Positions 29,937 to 39,968 of a stretch of DNA of 64,000 nucleotides are shown here, in pieces. The stretch is from contig JABGXB010000002.1 of assembly GCA_018675975.1 (NCBI GenBank), forward strand, positions 62,001 to 126,000, written 5' to 3'. The position numbers and the translations under genes were made by a program. Every line of letters begins with the position of its first letter. Position 1 is the stretch's first letter. The notes beneath the pieces are model-generated. The model was not told where the DNA came from and did not search any database. It worked only from the letters and a program-made list of their open reading frames with translations. The stretch comes from Candidatus Woesearchaeota archaeon (lineage in GTDB: Archaea; Nanobdellota; Nanobdellia; Woesearchaeales; JABGXB01).

Positions 29937-30675
29937 CTAAATATGCCTCCAGTACTTTTTTATTGTTTTGAATTTCTTTTGGTTTACCCTCAACTAAATT
30001 TTGACCAGATTCCATTACATAAACATGATCAGCAATATCCATAATAAAATTCATATCATGTTCTATTACAATTATAGTCTCTCCCATTTCTTTTAACTTA
30101 ATTAATATTTCTTTAATTTTTTGTCTTAATTTAGGATTAATACCAGCAACTGGTTCATCTAACATAATTAATTTATGTGGATGTGCAATTGCAATTGCAA
30201 GATCTAATAATTTTCTTTGACCATAACTTAAATCAGAACCCAATGTATTTAATGGTTTTTCTAATCCTACCAAATTTAATATTTCTATTATTTTTTTATC
30301 ATTATTTTTTTTTAATCCAAATAATTTAATAAAAAATGACTTGAAAAATTTTTGATCATCATTAAACATTGCCATCTCAATATGATCTCGAATAGTTAAA
30401 TTTTCAAAAAGTGTTGGATATTGAAATGTTCTAGAAATTCCTAATTCTGATACTAAATAAGGACGTATTTTTGAAATATTATAATTCAAAAAAGTAATAG
30501 TTCCACTCTCTTGATATTCCAATTTATTAATAACATTAAATAATGTGCTCTTACCACAACCATTAGGACCGATAAGTGCTGTAATTTTATTTTTTTCTAT
30601 ATTAAAATTACATCCATTTAATGCCTTTACTCCTCCAAAACTTTTCTTGAGATTATGAATTTTTAATAATGTCAT
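29929..30675 (-). CDS. livG: branched-chain amino acid ABC transporter ATPase
   Basis: GPNGCGKS, RTFQ, LSYGQRK, LDEPVAG, IEHDM, EAYLG. Confidence 0.92.
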   Translation of the reverse strand: MTLLKIHNLKKSFGGVKALNGCNFNIEKNKITALIGPNGCGKSTLFNVINKLEYQESGTITFLNYNISKIRPYLVSELGISRTFQYPTLFENLTIRDHIEMAMFNDDQKFFKSFFIKLFGLKKNNDKKIIEILNLVGLEKPLNTLGSDLSYGQRKLLDLAIAIAHPHKLIMLDEPVAGINPKLRQKIKEILIKLKEMGETIIVIEHDMNFIMDIADHVYVMESGQNLVEGKPKEIQNNKKVLEAYLGE

Positions 30676-31658
30676 TTTAAATCAATCCTCCCAAAAATTC
30701 CTTTAGGTCTATATAATAAAATTAAAATTAAAATCAATGCATAAATTATTTGTCTAGTAGGTCCTAATATTTCTGATGGAATTGGTAGTAATCTTAAGCT
30801 TTCATTTAATATCATAATAATGATCACACCAAAAACAGCACCCCGATTTGATGCCAATCCTCCTACAATTAAAACAGTCAATAAAAAAATTAAATCAACA
30901 ATCCAAAATGAGTTCGGCTCTATGTATTGTGAATAATGCGCAAATAAACTACCAGCCAATCCAGCAAATAATCCACTAATAAACATTGCTTTAAATTTAA
31001 TTAATTCAATATTTTTCCCCAATAATTTCAAACTTATTTCATCATCCCTAACTGCTTGCAACAATCTGCCAAATGAACTTTTAGTAATATTGTATATAAT
31101 TATTATTGAAACTATTGCCATAATTGTAGAAAAAACTAAAAATTGATTAGTACTGTAAATAGTAAAATCAAAAAAAGATATTTTTGGAATATTATTTAAT
31201 CCCAATGGGCCCCTTGTCAATGAGGTCCAACTAATAAAAATTGAATATAATAAAAAACTAAATCCAAATGTAACTAACATTAAATAATCACTTTTCAATT
31301 TTCGTGTTGCAAACATTAACAATACTGCAAATACCCCAGGTAATAACATTGCCAACAATAATGATAATAAATAAGAATACCCATTCATAATCATTAATGC
31401 AGAAGTATAGGCACCAACACCAAAAAGAGCAATATGTGATAAATTAAGTAAGCCAGTAAATCCCATAACTAAATTTAGACTAATAGACAATATTAAATAA
31501 ATATTTATTACAACCAAAACATGAGCAAAATACTCATTTAAAATTCCCTGCAAACAAAGAAAAATAAAAATAATATCTATTACAAATAAAATTAACCAAA
31601 ATGCTTTTTGACTATCTTTTAATGTTTCAATAATATTATTTTTTTGAATAGTCCCCAT
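30672..31658 (-). CDS. livM: branched-chain amino acid ABC transporter permease
   Basis: GFTGLLNL, FGVGAY, TRGPLG, FGRLLQAVRDDE, RPKGI. Confidence 0.9.
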   Translation of the reverse strand: MGTIQKNNIIETLKDSQKAFWLILFVIDIIFIFLCLQGILNEYFAHVLVVINIYLILSISLNLVMGFTGLLNLSHIALFGVGAYTSALMIMNGYSYLLSLLLAMLLPGVFAVLLMFATRKLKSDYLMLVTFGFSFLLYSIFISWTSLTRGPLGLNNIPKISFFDFTIYSTNQFLVFSTIMAIVSIIIIYNITKSSFGRLLQAVRDDEISLKLLGKNIELIKFKAMFISGLFAGLAGSLFAHYSQYIEPNSFWIVDLIFLLTVLIVGGLASNRGAVFGVIIIMILNESLRLLPIPSEILGPTRQIIYALILILILLYRPKGIFGRIDLK

Positions 31659-31666
31659 ATTTTAAT

Positions 31667-32548
31667 TCACTTCCTACTTGATTTGTCTATTCCAAATAAT
31701 CCATTTGGTTTATAGAGTAAAAATAAAAATAACAAAATAAATGATATTGCCTCTTTAAATTGTGAAGGCAAAAACCAAACCCCAAAATTTTCTGCAAGTC
31801 CAACTATATATGAACCCAAAATTGAAGCTGGAACTGAATTAACTCCTCCAATAATCGCACCAGTAAATCCTTTAATCATATATGTAGTTCCCATATTAAT
31901 TGATAATGTTTGTTCTAATGCAATCAAAACTCCTGCAACTGATGCTAAAACAGATCCTATAATAAATGATAATGCCATATATTTTTTTGATTCAATTCCC
32001 ATTATATTTGCTAAATCATTATTATCTGCAACAGCCCTTAAATTTCGTCCCAACTTTGTTTTAGTCATTAACAAATATATAAAAATAAGACATAATAATG
32101 AGCTTAATACAATTATAAGTTGTGGCTTAGTAATTAAAGCACCAAAAAATTCCATTCCTCTTAGTGGCCCAAAATAATTTATATTTTTAATACCAGATCC
32201 AAAATACAACAATAATCCATTATCAATTAAAAATAAAATACCAAATGATGCAATTAATAAAATTACACTGCTTGATTTTTTTTTCTGCAATGGATAATAA
32301 ATTAGTAAATGCATTAAATAACCTAAAATTGATGATAAAATTAATGTTGCAATAATTGCAATAAGTAATGAATTTGATAAACTAAAAAAATGAAAAGCAA
32401 TATATGCACTAAAAACAACCGCAGAGCCATGTGCAAAGTGCATAAATCTATTTGTTTGAAAGATCAAACTAAATCCAATTGCAACTAATGCATAAATTGA
32501 TCCTGCGACCACTGAATTAAACAGTAATTGCATAAATGGAAAACTCAT
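31667..32548 (-). CDS. livH: branched-chain amino acid ABC transporter permease
   Basis: GSIYALVAIG, HFAHG, TKLGRNLRAVADN, KPNGLFG. Confidence 0.9.
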   Translation of the reverse strand: MSFPFMQLLFNSVVAGSIYALVAIGFSLIFQTNRFMHFAHGSAVVFSAYIAFHFFSLSNSLLIAIIATLILSSILGYLMHLLIYYPLQKKKSSSVILLIASFGILFLIDNGLLLYFGSGIKNINYFGPLRGMEFFGALITKPQLIIVLSSLLCLIFIYLLMTKTKLGRNLRAVADNNDLANIMGIESKKYMALSFIIGSVLASVAGVLIALEQTLSINMGTTYMIKGFTGAIIGGVNSVPASILGSYIVGLAENFGVWFLPSQFKEAISFILLFLFLLYKPNGLFGIDKSSRK

Positions 32549-32569
32549 TTTAAAAAAAATTAAAAAAAA

Positions 32570-33799
32570 TTAATTAACTCGAAGTTTAGTTCCAGCAATT
32601 ATTTGACTAATTACAAAGTCACCTGCAACATCTCCATTTTCATCAAATGTAGTTGAAGTAGTCATAATCCCTTGCCAATTCTCTAATGCATCAAATTCTT
32701 TTTTCAAACAATCTGTATCAGAGTCACCACACAATTCTAGCACATCACCAAGTAAGAAAATACCATCATAAGTACTTGCACAATAATATCCTAAATCACA
32801 TTCAGTATCAGCAATAACTTTAGATGAAAATTCATTATTTTCTTTTAAGAATGCCACTTCAGGAGTAAAATATCCTTTCATAAAATCTCCAAATTCATTT
32901 ACCGCTTGATCTAGTCCTACAATCTCATTTGAAAAGAATAATGTATCTGCATCAAAATTAGACTCATATAATTGTTTTGCAAATACACCAGTCATTGGAA
33001 TAGTTTGAGGTAATAGAATTACTGCATCAGGTTCAGCACTTTTCATTTTTAATATTTCAGTTCTTACATCTTTTGCACTAGATAATATTATTTCATCTGC
33101 AACTATTTTAACACCTAATTCAGGTAATTGTTTTAAATAACCAGCTCTCAAAACTTGTGCATAATCCGTATTTTCACTAAGTATAGCAATAGTTTTCACA
33201 CCTTTTGATACAATAAATGGAATCATAGTTGCAACTTGTGCTGTGTCAGATGGATAATTTCTAAATACATAATCCCCTGAATTCGTTATATCAGGACTTG
33301 ATGATAATGGACTAAATAAAAGAACATTATTTTCTTCTGTAAATGGTGCAATACCTAAGGTTTCACCAGAACACATGCCCCCATAAATTATATTTACTCC
33401 TTTTTGATTAACTAAATTTTCTGCAGCAGTTCTTGCTTCTTTTCCATTACATTTACCATCTTCATGATATATTTTTAATTGTAATTTTTTACCGTCTTCT
33501 TTCCATTTAGCATTTAAATCTAAAACTGCTTGATCAATTACTCTTTGAACAGGTAAACCATAAGCAGCACCATCTCCAGTTAAAGGTTGAATTGCACCTA
33601 TTTGAAATATAATTTCTCTATTTAAAGCACCTTGACCTTTATCAGAATTATCACCATCAACTAAACTTGCTCTATCAGCATCAGATAATTCAGATAATTC
33701 AGCTTGATTATTAGAACAACCACTAATAAAAAGTCCAGCTAATAATACAAATGCCATTATTAGTATCAATCTTTTATTGAATATATTGTTTTTTTTCAT
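32570..33799 (-). CDS. livK: branched-chain amino acid ABC transporter substrate-binding lipoprotein
   Basis: ISGC lipobox, IGAIQPLTG, EDGKC, YVFRNYPSD, FDENGD. Confidence 0.85.
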   Translation of the reverse strand: MKKNNIFNKRLILIMAFVLLAGLFISGCSNNQAELSELSDADRASLVDGDNSDKGQGALNREIIFQIGAIQPLTGDGAAYGLPVQRVIDQAVLDLNAKWKEDGKKLQLKIYHEDGKCNGKEARTAAENLVNQKGVNIIYGGMCSGETLGIAPFTEENNVLLFSPLSSSPDITNSGDYVFRNYPSDTAQVATMIPFIVSKGVKTIAILSENTDYAQVLRAGYLKQLPELGVKIVADEIILSSAKDVRTEILKMKSAEPDAVILLPQTIPMTGVFAKQLYESNFDADTLFFSNEIVGLDQAVNEFGDFMKGYFTPEVAFLKENNEFSSKVIADTECDLGYYCASTYDGIFLLGDVLELCGDSDTDCLKKEFDALENWQGIMTTSTTFDENGDVAGDFVISQIIAGTKLRVN

Positions 33800-33984
33800 T
33801 TTAGTCCCCATGTATTTATTATATTTTAAATATTTTATCATTTATTTTTATACTTTTGGTATAAGTAACATCCCAATTGAGTAATAAATGATTTTAATTA
33901 ATAAAATCGAGTATATATTTATATATATATTAATAAAGTATATATTTTAGTAAATTTTATATATAAACAAAAAAAATAGTAAGT

Positions 33985-34911
33985 ATGAAAAGAAAAATTA
34001 TCAAATTGGGTTCTTCAACGCTTGTAGTTAGTTTACCAAATCATTGGGCAAAAAAAAACGAATTAAGACAAGGAGATCAAATTAATATTATTGAAGGTTA
34101 TAATAATGAACTTTTTGTATATAATGAAAAAAATAAAAATGATAAAAATGAATTTATTATTGATTTAAATAAAATAACCAAAAAAAATATCAAAATAATA
34201 TTAACACATATTTATAGATTAAATTATAATAAAATAAAAATTGAAAATATTAAAAATAAAGACATTGAAGAAATTAAAAAAATAACTCAAAATTTGTTAT
34301 TAGGTTTTGAAATTACATCACAAAATAAAAGTTCTTGTACTATTGAAAATATTGCAGAACCTAATAAAGAAAAATATAATATTTTATTTAGAAAAACATT
34401 TTTAATAGTAAAAGAAATACAAAATATTATTTTAGATGATATTGAAAAAAATAAATATAATAATTTACTTACCATTTCCAACTTAAAAGATCAACAAGAT
34501 AAATTTGTATTTTATTGTAAACGTACAATGATAATACAAAGTCATTCAAAAACATTATTTGAATGGGAGTTATTAAAAAATATAATGTTAATTAGCCACT
34601 CATATTATTATTTATATGAATATTTATCAAAAAATAAATTTGAAAATGATAAAAATTTCATTTTACATTTTAAAGAATTAATAAATTATTTTGAATTATT
34701 TTATGAGGCGTATTTCAATAAAAAAATAAATAATATTGATCAAATAAATAAATTAAAAGATGAATTACATCAAAAAAAAACAATTGAATTAATGAATAAA
34801 GGAAAAAATATTGTTTTGTATTCTTATATTCGTGAAACTTTTAGATTAATACAAATTTCAACTAGCCCAATTCAATCAATTTTATTATCTAAAACGGATT
34901 TTGAATATTAG
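33985..34911 (+). CDS. archaeal AbrB-PhoU family regulator
   Basis: RKIIKLGSSTLVVSLPNHW..GD AbrB domain, LLGFEI, helical PhoU-like C-terminus. Confidence 0.8.
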   Translation: MKRKIIKLGSSTLVVSLPNHWAKKNELRQGDQINIIEGYNNELFVYNEKNKNDKNEFIIDLNKITKKNIKIILTHIYRLNYNKIKIENIKNKDIEEIKKITQNLLLGFEITSQNKSSCTIENIAEPNKEKYNILFRKTFLIVKEIQNIILDDIEKNKYNNLLTISNLKDQQDKFVFYCKRTMIIQSHSKTLFEWELLKNIMLISHSYYYLYEYLSKNKFENDKNFILHFKELINYFELFYEAYFNKKINNIDQINKLKDELHQKKTIELMNKGKNIVLYSYIRETFRLIQISTSPIQSILLSKTDFEY

Positions 34912-36364
34912 GACTTTGTTCTGATTTTCCCAAACCCCATTTATCATAAACAGTATATTCCATTCCTTTAAAAGTCATAGTTTTTGGCTTGCCTCTTTTT
35001 TCTAACATTTCTTTTAATACTTTTTCTTTTTCATATATTTTTTCAAAATTTTCAATTGATTTTTTTCGCGTCTCTTCAGCCATATACATAATAAAACGAT
35101 CAAAAGCTGGATTTAAATCATATTGAACAAAGAAGTATGTAGATTCTATATGTGTTTCAAAATTTTTTTTATTATCTTCATACTTTTTTGAATTCGTATC
35201 AAGAATAGATCTTGCAACAGTTCTAGGATTAAAATATGCAGTTATTGCCATATGCTTATCCCCTTCAAAGTAATTAGTATATGCTTTAAGCTTAGCAATT
35301 TCTAATCTTTGATTTATATTTTTACCATAATCACCATCAACAAATTCATACACTGTTGACTTTTTTCTTTCAAATTCTTGTTTAGCTTCTACTTTTTTTA
35401 ATTTTAGTTCATAACTACCATTATGAATAAATGTACCGATTGCAAATGATGCAGCTAATCCAATTTTCCCCCATCTTTTTAAAATATTAATTGGCTTTTT
35501 AGATTCATACATTTTATGTGCTTTATTTATTACATCAATTAATTCTTTTGAATCCTTTACACGTTTTTCTTTTTTACACAATAATTTTTTTAATAAAAAA
35601 CTATAATGTGAATTTAAATGTTCAATTTTTTTAAAAATAATATCATCCCAATATTCACTTAAAGAATTAACTTTTATTTTTGCCTCTTCTTCATTAAAAA
35701 ATTCTCCTTCGAATAATTTTCTTCCAGTAATTACATGATATAATGTTGCACCAAAGGAATAAAAATCACATTGTTTTGTTGCCACATTATTTTCATCAAA
35801 AAGTTCTGGAGCTCTATAATGAATATCTCCAATTTGACCAATTGCATTATCTTCTAATTGAGATCCTTCAAAATCAGTTAATTTATATGCGCCCTTTACA
35901 TAACCAATATTTTCAGGTTTTATGTCTGCATGAATCCAACCACTTTTTTCATCACTAGTTACCACATTATTATGCAAATCATTTATTCCATTTGTAATAT
36001 CTTTAATAAAATCAAAAATATCTTCTGTTTTATTTAATTTTAATTGATTAAGAGTACATTCAACTCTTTCTTCTACAATTACAGGAATATTTTCTACTTT
36101 ATCTAAATAATTAAAAACTAAATTTGCAAAAGATCTTCCATGCCCACCAAGCGTTCCTGCATAAATTAAATCAGAATTTGATAAATCCCTATTACCATAT
36201 TGAATTTGGGCAGTATCTTTTCTATTTTGAAACTTTAATACCAATTTACTTCCATCAAATCGTTTAACAGGTTGAATAATTTTCCAATTACCTTGAATAA
36301 ATTCCCCATCTTTTTCAAAACCCAATTTTTCAACAAATGAGTCTAATTTTTGCTCTAAATTCAT
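34889..36364 (-). CDS. membrane-anchored Ser/Thr protein kinase-like
   Basis: LVLK, HADIKPENI, LTDFEG, YRAPE, DFYSFG; hydrophobic segment after the kinase domain. Confidence 0.8.
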   Translation of the reverse strand: MNLEQKLDSFVEKLGFEKDGEFIQGNWKIIQPVKRFDGSKLVLKFQNRKDTAQIQYGNRDLSNSDLIYAGTLGGHGRSFANLVFNYLDKVENIPVIVEERVECTLNQLKLNKTEDIFDFIKDITNGINDLHNNVVTSDEKSGWIHADIKPENIGYVKGAYKLTDFEGSQLEDNAIGQIGDIHYRAPELFDENNVATKQCDFYSFGATLYHVITGRKLFEGEFFNEEEAKIKVNSLSEYWDDIIFKKIEHLNSHYSFLLKKLLCKKEKRVKDSKELIDVINKAHKMYESKKPINILKRWGKIGLAASFAIGTFIHNGSYELKLKKVEAKQEFERKKSTVYEFVDGDYGKNINQRLEIAKLKAYTNYFEGDKHMAITAYFNPRTVARSILDTNSKKYEDNKKNFETHIESTYFFVQYDLNPAFDRFIMYMAEETRKKSIENFEKIYEKEKVLKEMLEKRGKPKTMTFKGMEYTVYDKWGLGKSEQSPNIQNPF

Positions 36365-36400
36365 CTAGAGTAGAATCATTAATTATTTATAAAGAATTCT

Positions 36401-37051
36401 TTATTTTTTTAATTCACAGGTTCTATTAATATAGCCCTTTAATAATAATCTACCCATATCAGATAATTTTACATATAAATTTTTACTCTCTTCTTTTGTT
36501 TCAACTAATCTAAAATCAATTAAGCCCTTATATTTATAATTTCCATTTATATGATAGGATAATAAAGATATGGATAGTTTAGATAATTTAGATAATTGTT
36601 GAAGAGAAACATAATCTTCATTTTCTAAATACTTTAATAATTTTAATTTATTTTCACTAAGTTCATTATAGTATGATAGTTTCATTATAGGCATTAACAT
36701 AACTTTATTATTCATTATACCAAATGCCTTTAAACCATTTGCATAAGAAGCAGATAGTGCTGCACAGGTACTATACTTATCACCACTTGCAACATTTACA
36801 AGTATATTATCAGAATCATAAGTTGAACAAATTTTTGCAAATACTTTAAATGTCTCTTCCATAATATTTTCAGAAATCGAAATTATTTTTGTTTCAATAG
36901 TTAAATATTCTAATTTTTTTTTAAGACTATGTGCATCTTTATTTCTACTTTTAGGAGTAATTAAAAATACCCGTTCAGTTGGAAATTCTTTTAATCCAAA
37001 AAATAAAGCCTTTAAATTATCTCCCACAGGAGCAATTAATGTATAACCCAT
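36401..37051 (-). CDS. CARF-like + wHTH transcriptional regulator (HFX_2341/Csa3-like)
   Basis: TLIAPVG, RVFLI, ILVNVASGDK (CARF Rossmann motifs); LLSYHI..VKLSDMG wHTH. Confidence 0.75.
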   Translation of the reverse strand: MGYTLIAPVGDNLKALFFGLKEFPTERVFLITPKSRNKDAHSLKKKLEYLTIETKIISISENIMEETFKVFAKICSTYDSDNILVNVASGDKYSTCAALSASYANGLKAFGIMNNKVMLMPIMKLSYYNELSENKLKLLKYLENEDYVSLQQLSKLSKLSISLLSYHINGNYKYKGLIDFRLVETKEESKNLYVKLSDMGRLLLKGYINRTCELKK

Positions 37052-37096
37052 AATATGTTAAGACATAAATATATATTTAAATCTTTGGCTTAACTA

Positions 37097-37113
37097 TCAA
37101 AACTTTGTTTTGA
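37097..37113. promoter_or_regulatory. operator palindrome TCAAAAC-TTT-GTTTTGA between divergent TATA boxes
   Basis: perfect 7-3-7 inverted repeat, 15 bp from each TTTAAATA (37074-37081 on minus, 37129-37136 on plus). Confidence 0.7.
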
Positions 37114-37157
37114 ACATAATTACATATATTTAAATACATAATAAATCGAATATAAAT

Positions 37158-37622
37158 ATGACTAGAATGTATAATATTAAAAAAGCGTTTAAAAATGTTA
37201 ATACATTATTAATTGGAACATTTTCTTCATTAGTAATTGCATTTATAATGTTTTATTTTACTGATTTTGAATTAATAAAAATTAATTTAGGAATTGTTTA
37301 TGCAACCGCTCACATGTCATTAGAGATTTTAATTTCTGTTTTATTTGGATTAAATATAGGATTATTATGGACAAAATTAAAATATATTGGTGGTGTAAGT
37401 AAGACTACTACTGGTTCAACAGTAATTGGAAGTATCATGGGAATTTTAGTTTCTGGTTGTCCTGTATGTAGTATAACATTAGCTTCATATTTAGGTTTAG
37501 CTTCAATAATAGCAACATTTCCACTATTTGGTTTAGAATTAAAAATAATAGGGCTATTATTATTACTCTACAGCACAAATGATCTATCTAAAAATCTTTA
37601 CTCATGTAGTATAAAAAAATAA
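37158..37622 (+). CDS. membrane protein with CxxC (GCPVC)
   Basis: several TM helices, SGCPVC. Confidence 0.75.
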   Translation: MTRMYNIKKAFKNVNTLLIGTFSSLVIAFIMFYFTDFELIKINLGIVYATAHMSLEILISVLFGLNIGLLWTKLKYIGGVSKTTTGSTVIGSIMGILVSGCPVCSITLASYLGLASIIATFPLFGLELKIIGLLLLLYSTNDLSKNLYSCSIKK

Positions 37623-37623
37623 T

Positions 37624-38655
37624 ATGAAAACAATTATTATTATTGGAGGAGGATTTGCTGGTGCAAAATGTGCAAAAGATTTACAAAATAAATTTAATGT
37701 TATTCTAATTGATAATAAAAATTATTTTGAATTTACACCTAGTGTATTAAGAGTTTTAGTACATCCAGAACATGCAAATAAAATAGAATCTTTACATAAA
37801 AATTATTTAAAAAAAGCAGAAATAATAATTGAAAATGTAAAAGAAATAGATAAGGAATATGTATACTTAAAAAATAAAAAAATAAAATTTGACTATTTAA
37901 TTATTACTTCTGGATCTCAATATAAATTACCATTTAAACAAAAAAATTGTATAATGAATATGCGTTCACATAATTTAAAAAAATATAATTCTAAAATAAA
38001 AGATTCTAAAAAAATATTAATAATTGGAGGAGGGGTAGTCGGAGTTGAAATTGCTAGCGAAATTGTTGAAAAATATAATAATAAAAATATTACAATAGTT
38101 CAAAATAATAATGAACTAATGCCTAGAAATAATAATAAAACAAAAGAAAATATCAAAACATATTTAGAAAAAAATAATATTAAATTAATATTTAATAATA
38201 AAATAATAGATTCAAAAAACAATACATATTATTTTAATGATGGAAAAAAAATAAATACGGATTTAGCATTTTATTGTACTGGAATAAAACCAAATTATGA
38301 TTTTATGAAAAAAACATTTTCAAAATATATAAATAAAAATCATTTTGTAGATGTAAATGAATATTTACAATTAAAAGATCACAAAAATATTTTTATCGGT
38401 GGGGATATTGCTAATATAAATGAAGAAAAATTAGCACAAAATGCTGAAAAACATGCAGAAATTATTTGTAAAAATATTATTAATTTAGAAAAAAATAAAT
38501 TATTAAAAAAATATAAATCTAAAAAAAGAATAATGGTTATTAGCCTTGGTGAAAAAATTGGAATTGCTGAATATAAAAAATATTCTTTAATTGGAAAAAT
38601 TCCAGCAATTATGAAAAAATTTATTGAATATAAAACAATGAAAAATTATAAATAA
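37624..38655 (+). CDS. FAD/NAD(P)H oxidoreductase, NDH-2/AIFM2-like
   Basis: IIGGGFAG, FEFTP, IIGGGVVGVE, FIGGD. Confidence 0.85.
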   Translation: MKTIIIIGGGFAGAKCAKDLQNKFNVILIDNKNYFEFTPSVLRVLVHPEHANKIESLHKNYLKKAEIIIENVKEIDKEYVYLKNKKIKFDYLIITSGSQYKLPFKQKNCIMNMRSHNLKKYNSKIKDSKKILIIGGGVVGVEIASEIVEKYNNKNITIVQNNNELMPRNNNKTKENIKTYLEKNNIKLIFNNKIIDSKNNTYYFNDGKKINTDLAFYCTGIKPNYDFMKKTFSKYINKNHFVDVNEYLQLKDHKNIFIGGDIANINEEKLAQNAEKHAEIICKNIINLEKNKLLKKYKSKKRIMVISLGEKIGIAEYKKYSLIGKIPAIMKKFIEYKTMKNYK

Positions 38656-39243
38656 TTATAATCTGTTTTGAACATACCATTCTTTAAACATTACATGATA
38701 GGGATTATTATCACATCTATTTAAACTATAATATTCATCCCTATCTAATTCTGCTAAAGTCCTATCAGTTTTTATAGGAACAAATAATTTTGCAAGATTA
38801 GACCAAACCCATTCTCTGTCTAAACCTCTTTCTTCTGTAGCAATACGTCCAGATTCTCTATCACAAAAAACAACAGGTTCATCTAATAATTCATCCATAT
38901 AAGAAATTGCATGTTGCCAATAACAAAATCTATTTTGTGGCTTTAATTTTTTCATTCTCTCCAATAACCAAGCATTTCCTTTTTCCATTAAATCTTTTAC
39001 TTTTGAACCAGGATACTTATTTAATGCAGGAATATAGAAACCAGCATCTAAACAAATTACTGGAAGGTCATATTTTCGATATGCTTCAATAACTTTTTGT
39101 TTAGATATTTCTTTAACATGTAATGAATGATCTTCTTCAAAATCAAAATCAATTCTTTCTAATTGAGTTCCATCTATATTTAATCGATTTTGTAAAGAAT
39201 CTACCTTTTGTTGTTTAGAAGTAACATAATAAATTGTTTTCAT
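38656..39243 (-). CDS. Ham1/ITPase family NTP pyrophosphatase
   Basis: YYVTS..K, LDAGFYIPALNKYPG, GRIATEERG, FVP..TLAE. Confidence 0.8.
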   Translation of the reverse strand: MKTIYYVTSKQQKVDSLQNRLNIDGTQLERIDFDFEEDHSLHVKEISKQKVIEAYRKYDLPVICLDAGFYIPALNKYPGSKVKDLMEKGNAWLLERMKKLKPQNRFCYWQHAISYMDELLDEPVVFCDRESGRIATEERGLDREWVWSNLAKLFVPIKTDRTLAELDRDEYYSLNRCDNNPYHVMFKEWYVQNRL

Positions 39244-39299
39244 AAATTAAGAAACAAATAATTATTAATAAATAAAACTGATTACAATATAGTGACAAA

Positions 39300-39968
39300 T
39301 TATAATACTTTCATTTTTCTTTTTTTATGCCAATTATAAATTGGTACAAGTGACATTAAAATTATTATTAATACTACTACAAATAATATTTTTAATGGAT
39401 CAAAATCTTGTGTTAATAAAGTACCCGAATAAACAAAAATAGTAGTACCAGGAATTATTCCAATTAAAGTTCCTAAAAAATAATCTTTAAATTTTAATTT
39501 TGTTAAACCAAGTCCAAAATTTAATCCATTAAAAGGAAATAAAGGAATGAATCTTAAAAATAATGTAACAATTAAACCCTTATGTTCCATTTGTTCATTA
39601 TAAGACATTAATTTTGTAAATTTATCTTTTAATAAATTATGACAGAAATCATGACCCAACCATTTTGCAATAAAAAAAGCAATTGATGCACCTATTGTTG
39701 CACCGATAACTACCCACAAAGTTCCAAAAAAAGTTCCAAATAATGCACCAGCTAAGATTGTAAAAGGTGTTCCTGGTAACATTAATACCGTTACTAAAAT
39801 ATAAATTGCAATAAAAATTAAAATACCAAAAGAACCAGAATTTTTAATTAATAAATTAACTTTTTCAATTGAAAAATTATCCCCAACTGGAGTATAAATA
39901 CTAATTAAAATTAAACTGATTATTATTATAATCAATAAACCAAACTTTAAATTTTTTTTATTTATCAT
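39300..39968 (-). CDS. TVP38/TMEM64 (DedA-like) membrane protein
   Basis: LPGTP..AGALFG, LRFIPLFPF, GTLIGIIPGT. Confidence 0.9.
   Translation of the reverse strand: MINKKNLKFGLLIIIIISLILISIYTPVGDNFSIEKVNLLIKNSGSFGILIFIAIYILVTVLMLPGTPFTILAGALFGTFFGTLWVVIGATIGASIAFFIAKWLGHDFCHNLLKDKFTKLMSYNEQMEHKGLIVTLFLRFIPLFPFNGLNFGLGLTKLKFKDYFLGTLIGIIPGTTIFVYSGTLLTQDFDPLKILFVVVLIIILMSLVPIYNWHKKRKMKVL

Noticed and set aside
34889..37051. CARF regulator plus kinase as a defence operon
   Set aside because: The kinase has its own TATA (36386-36393); no cas, cyclase or effector genes nearby.
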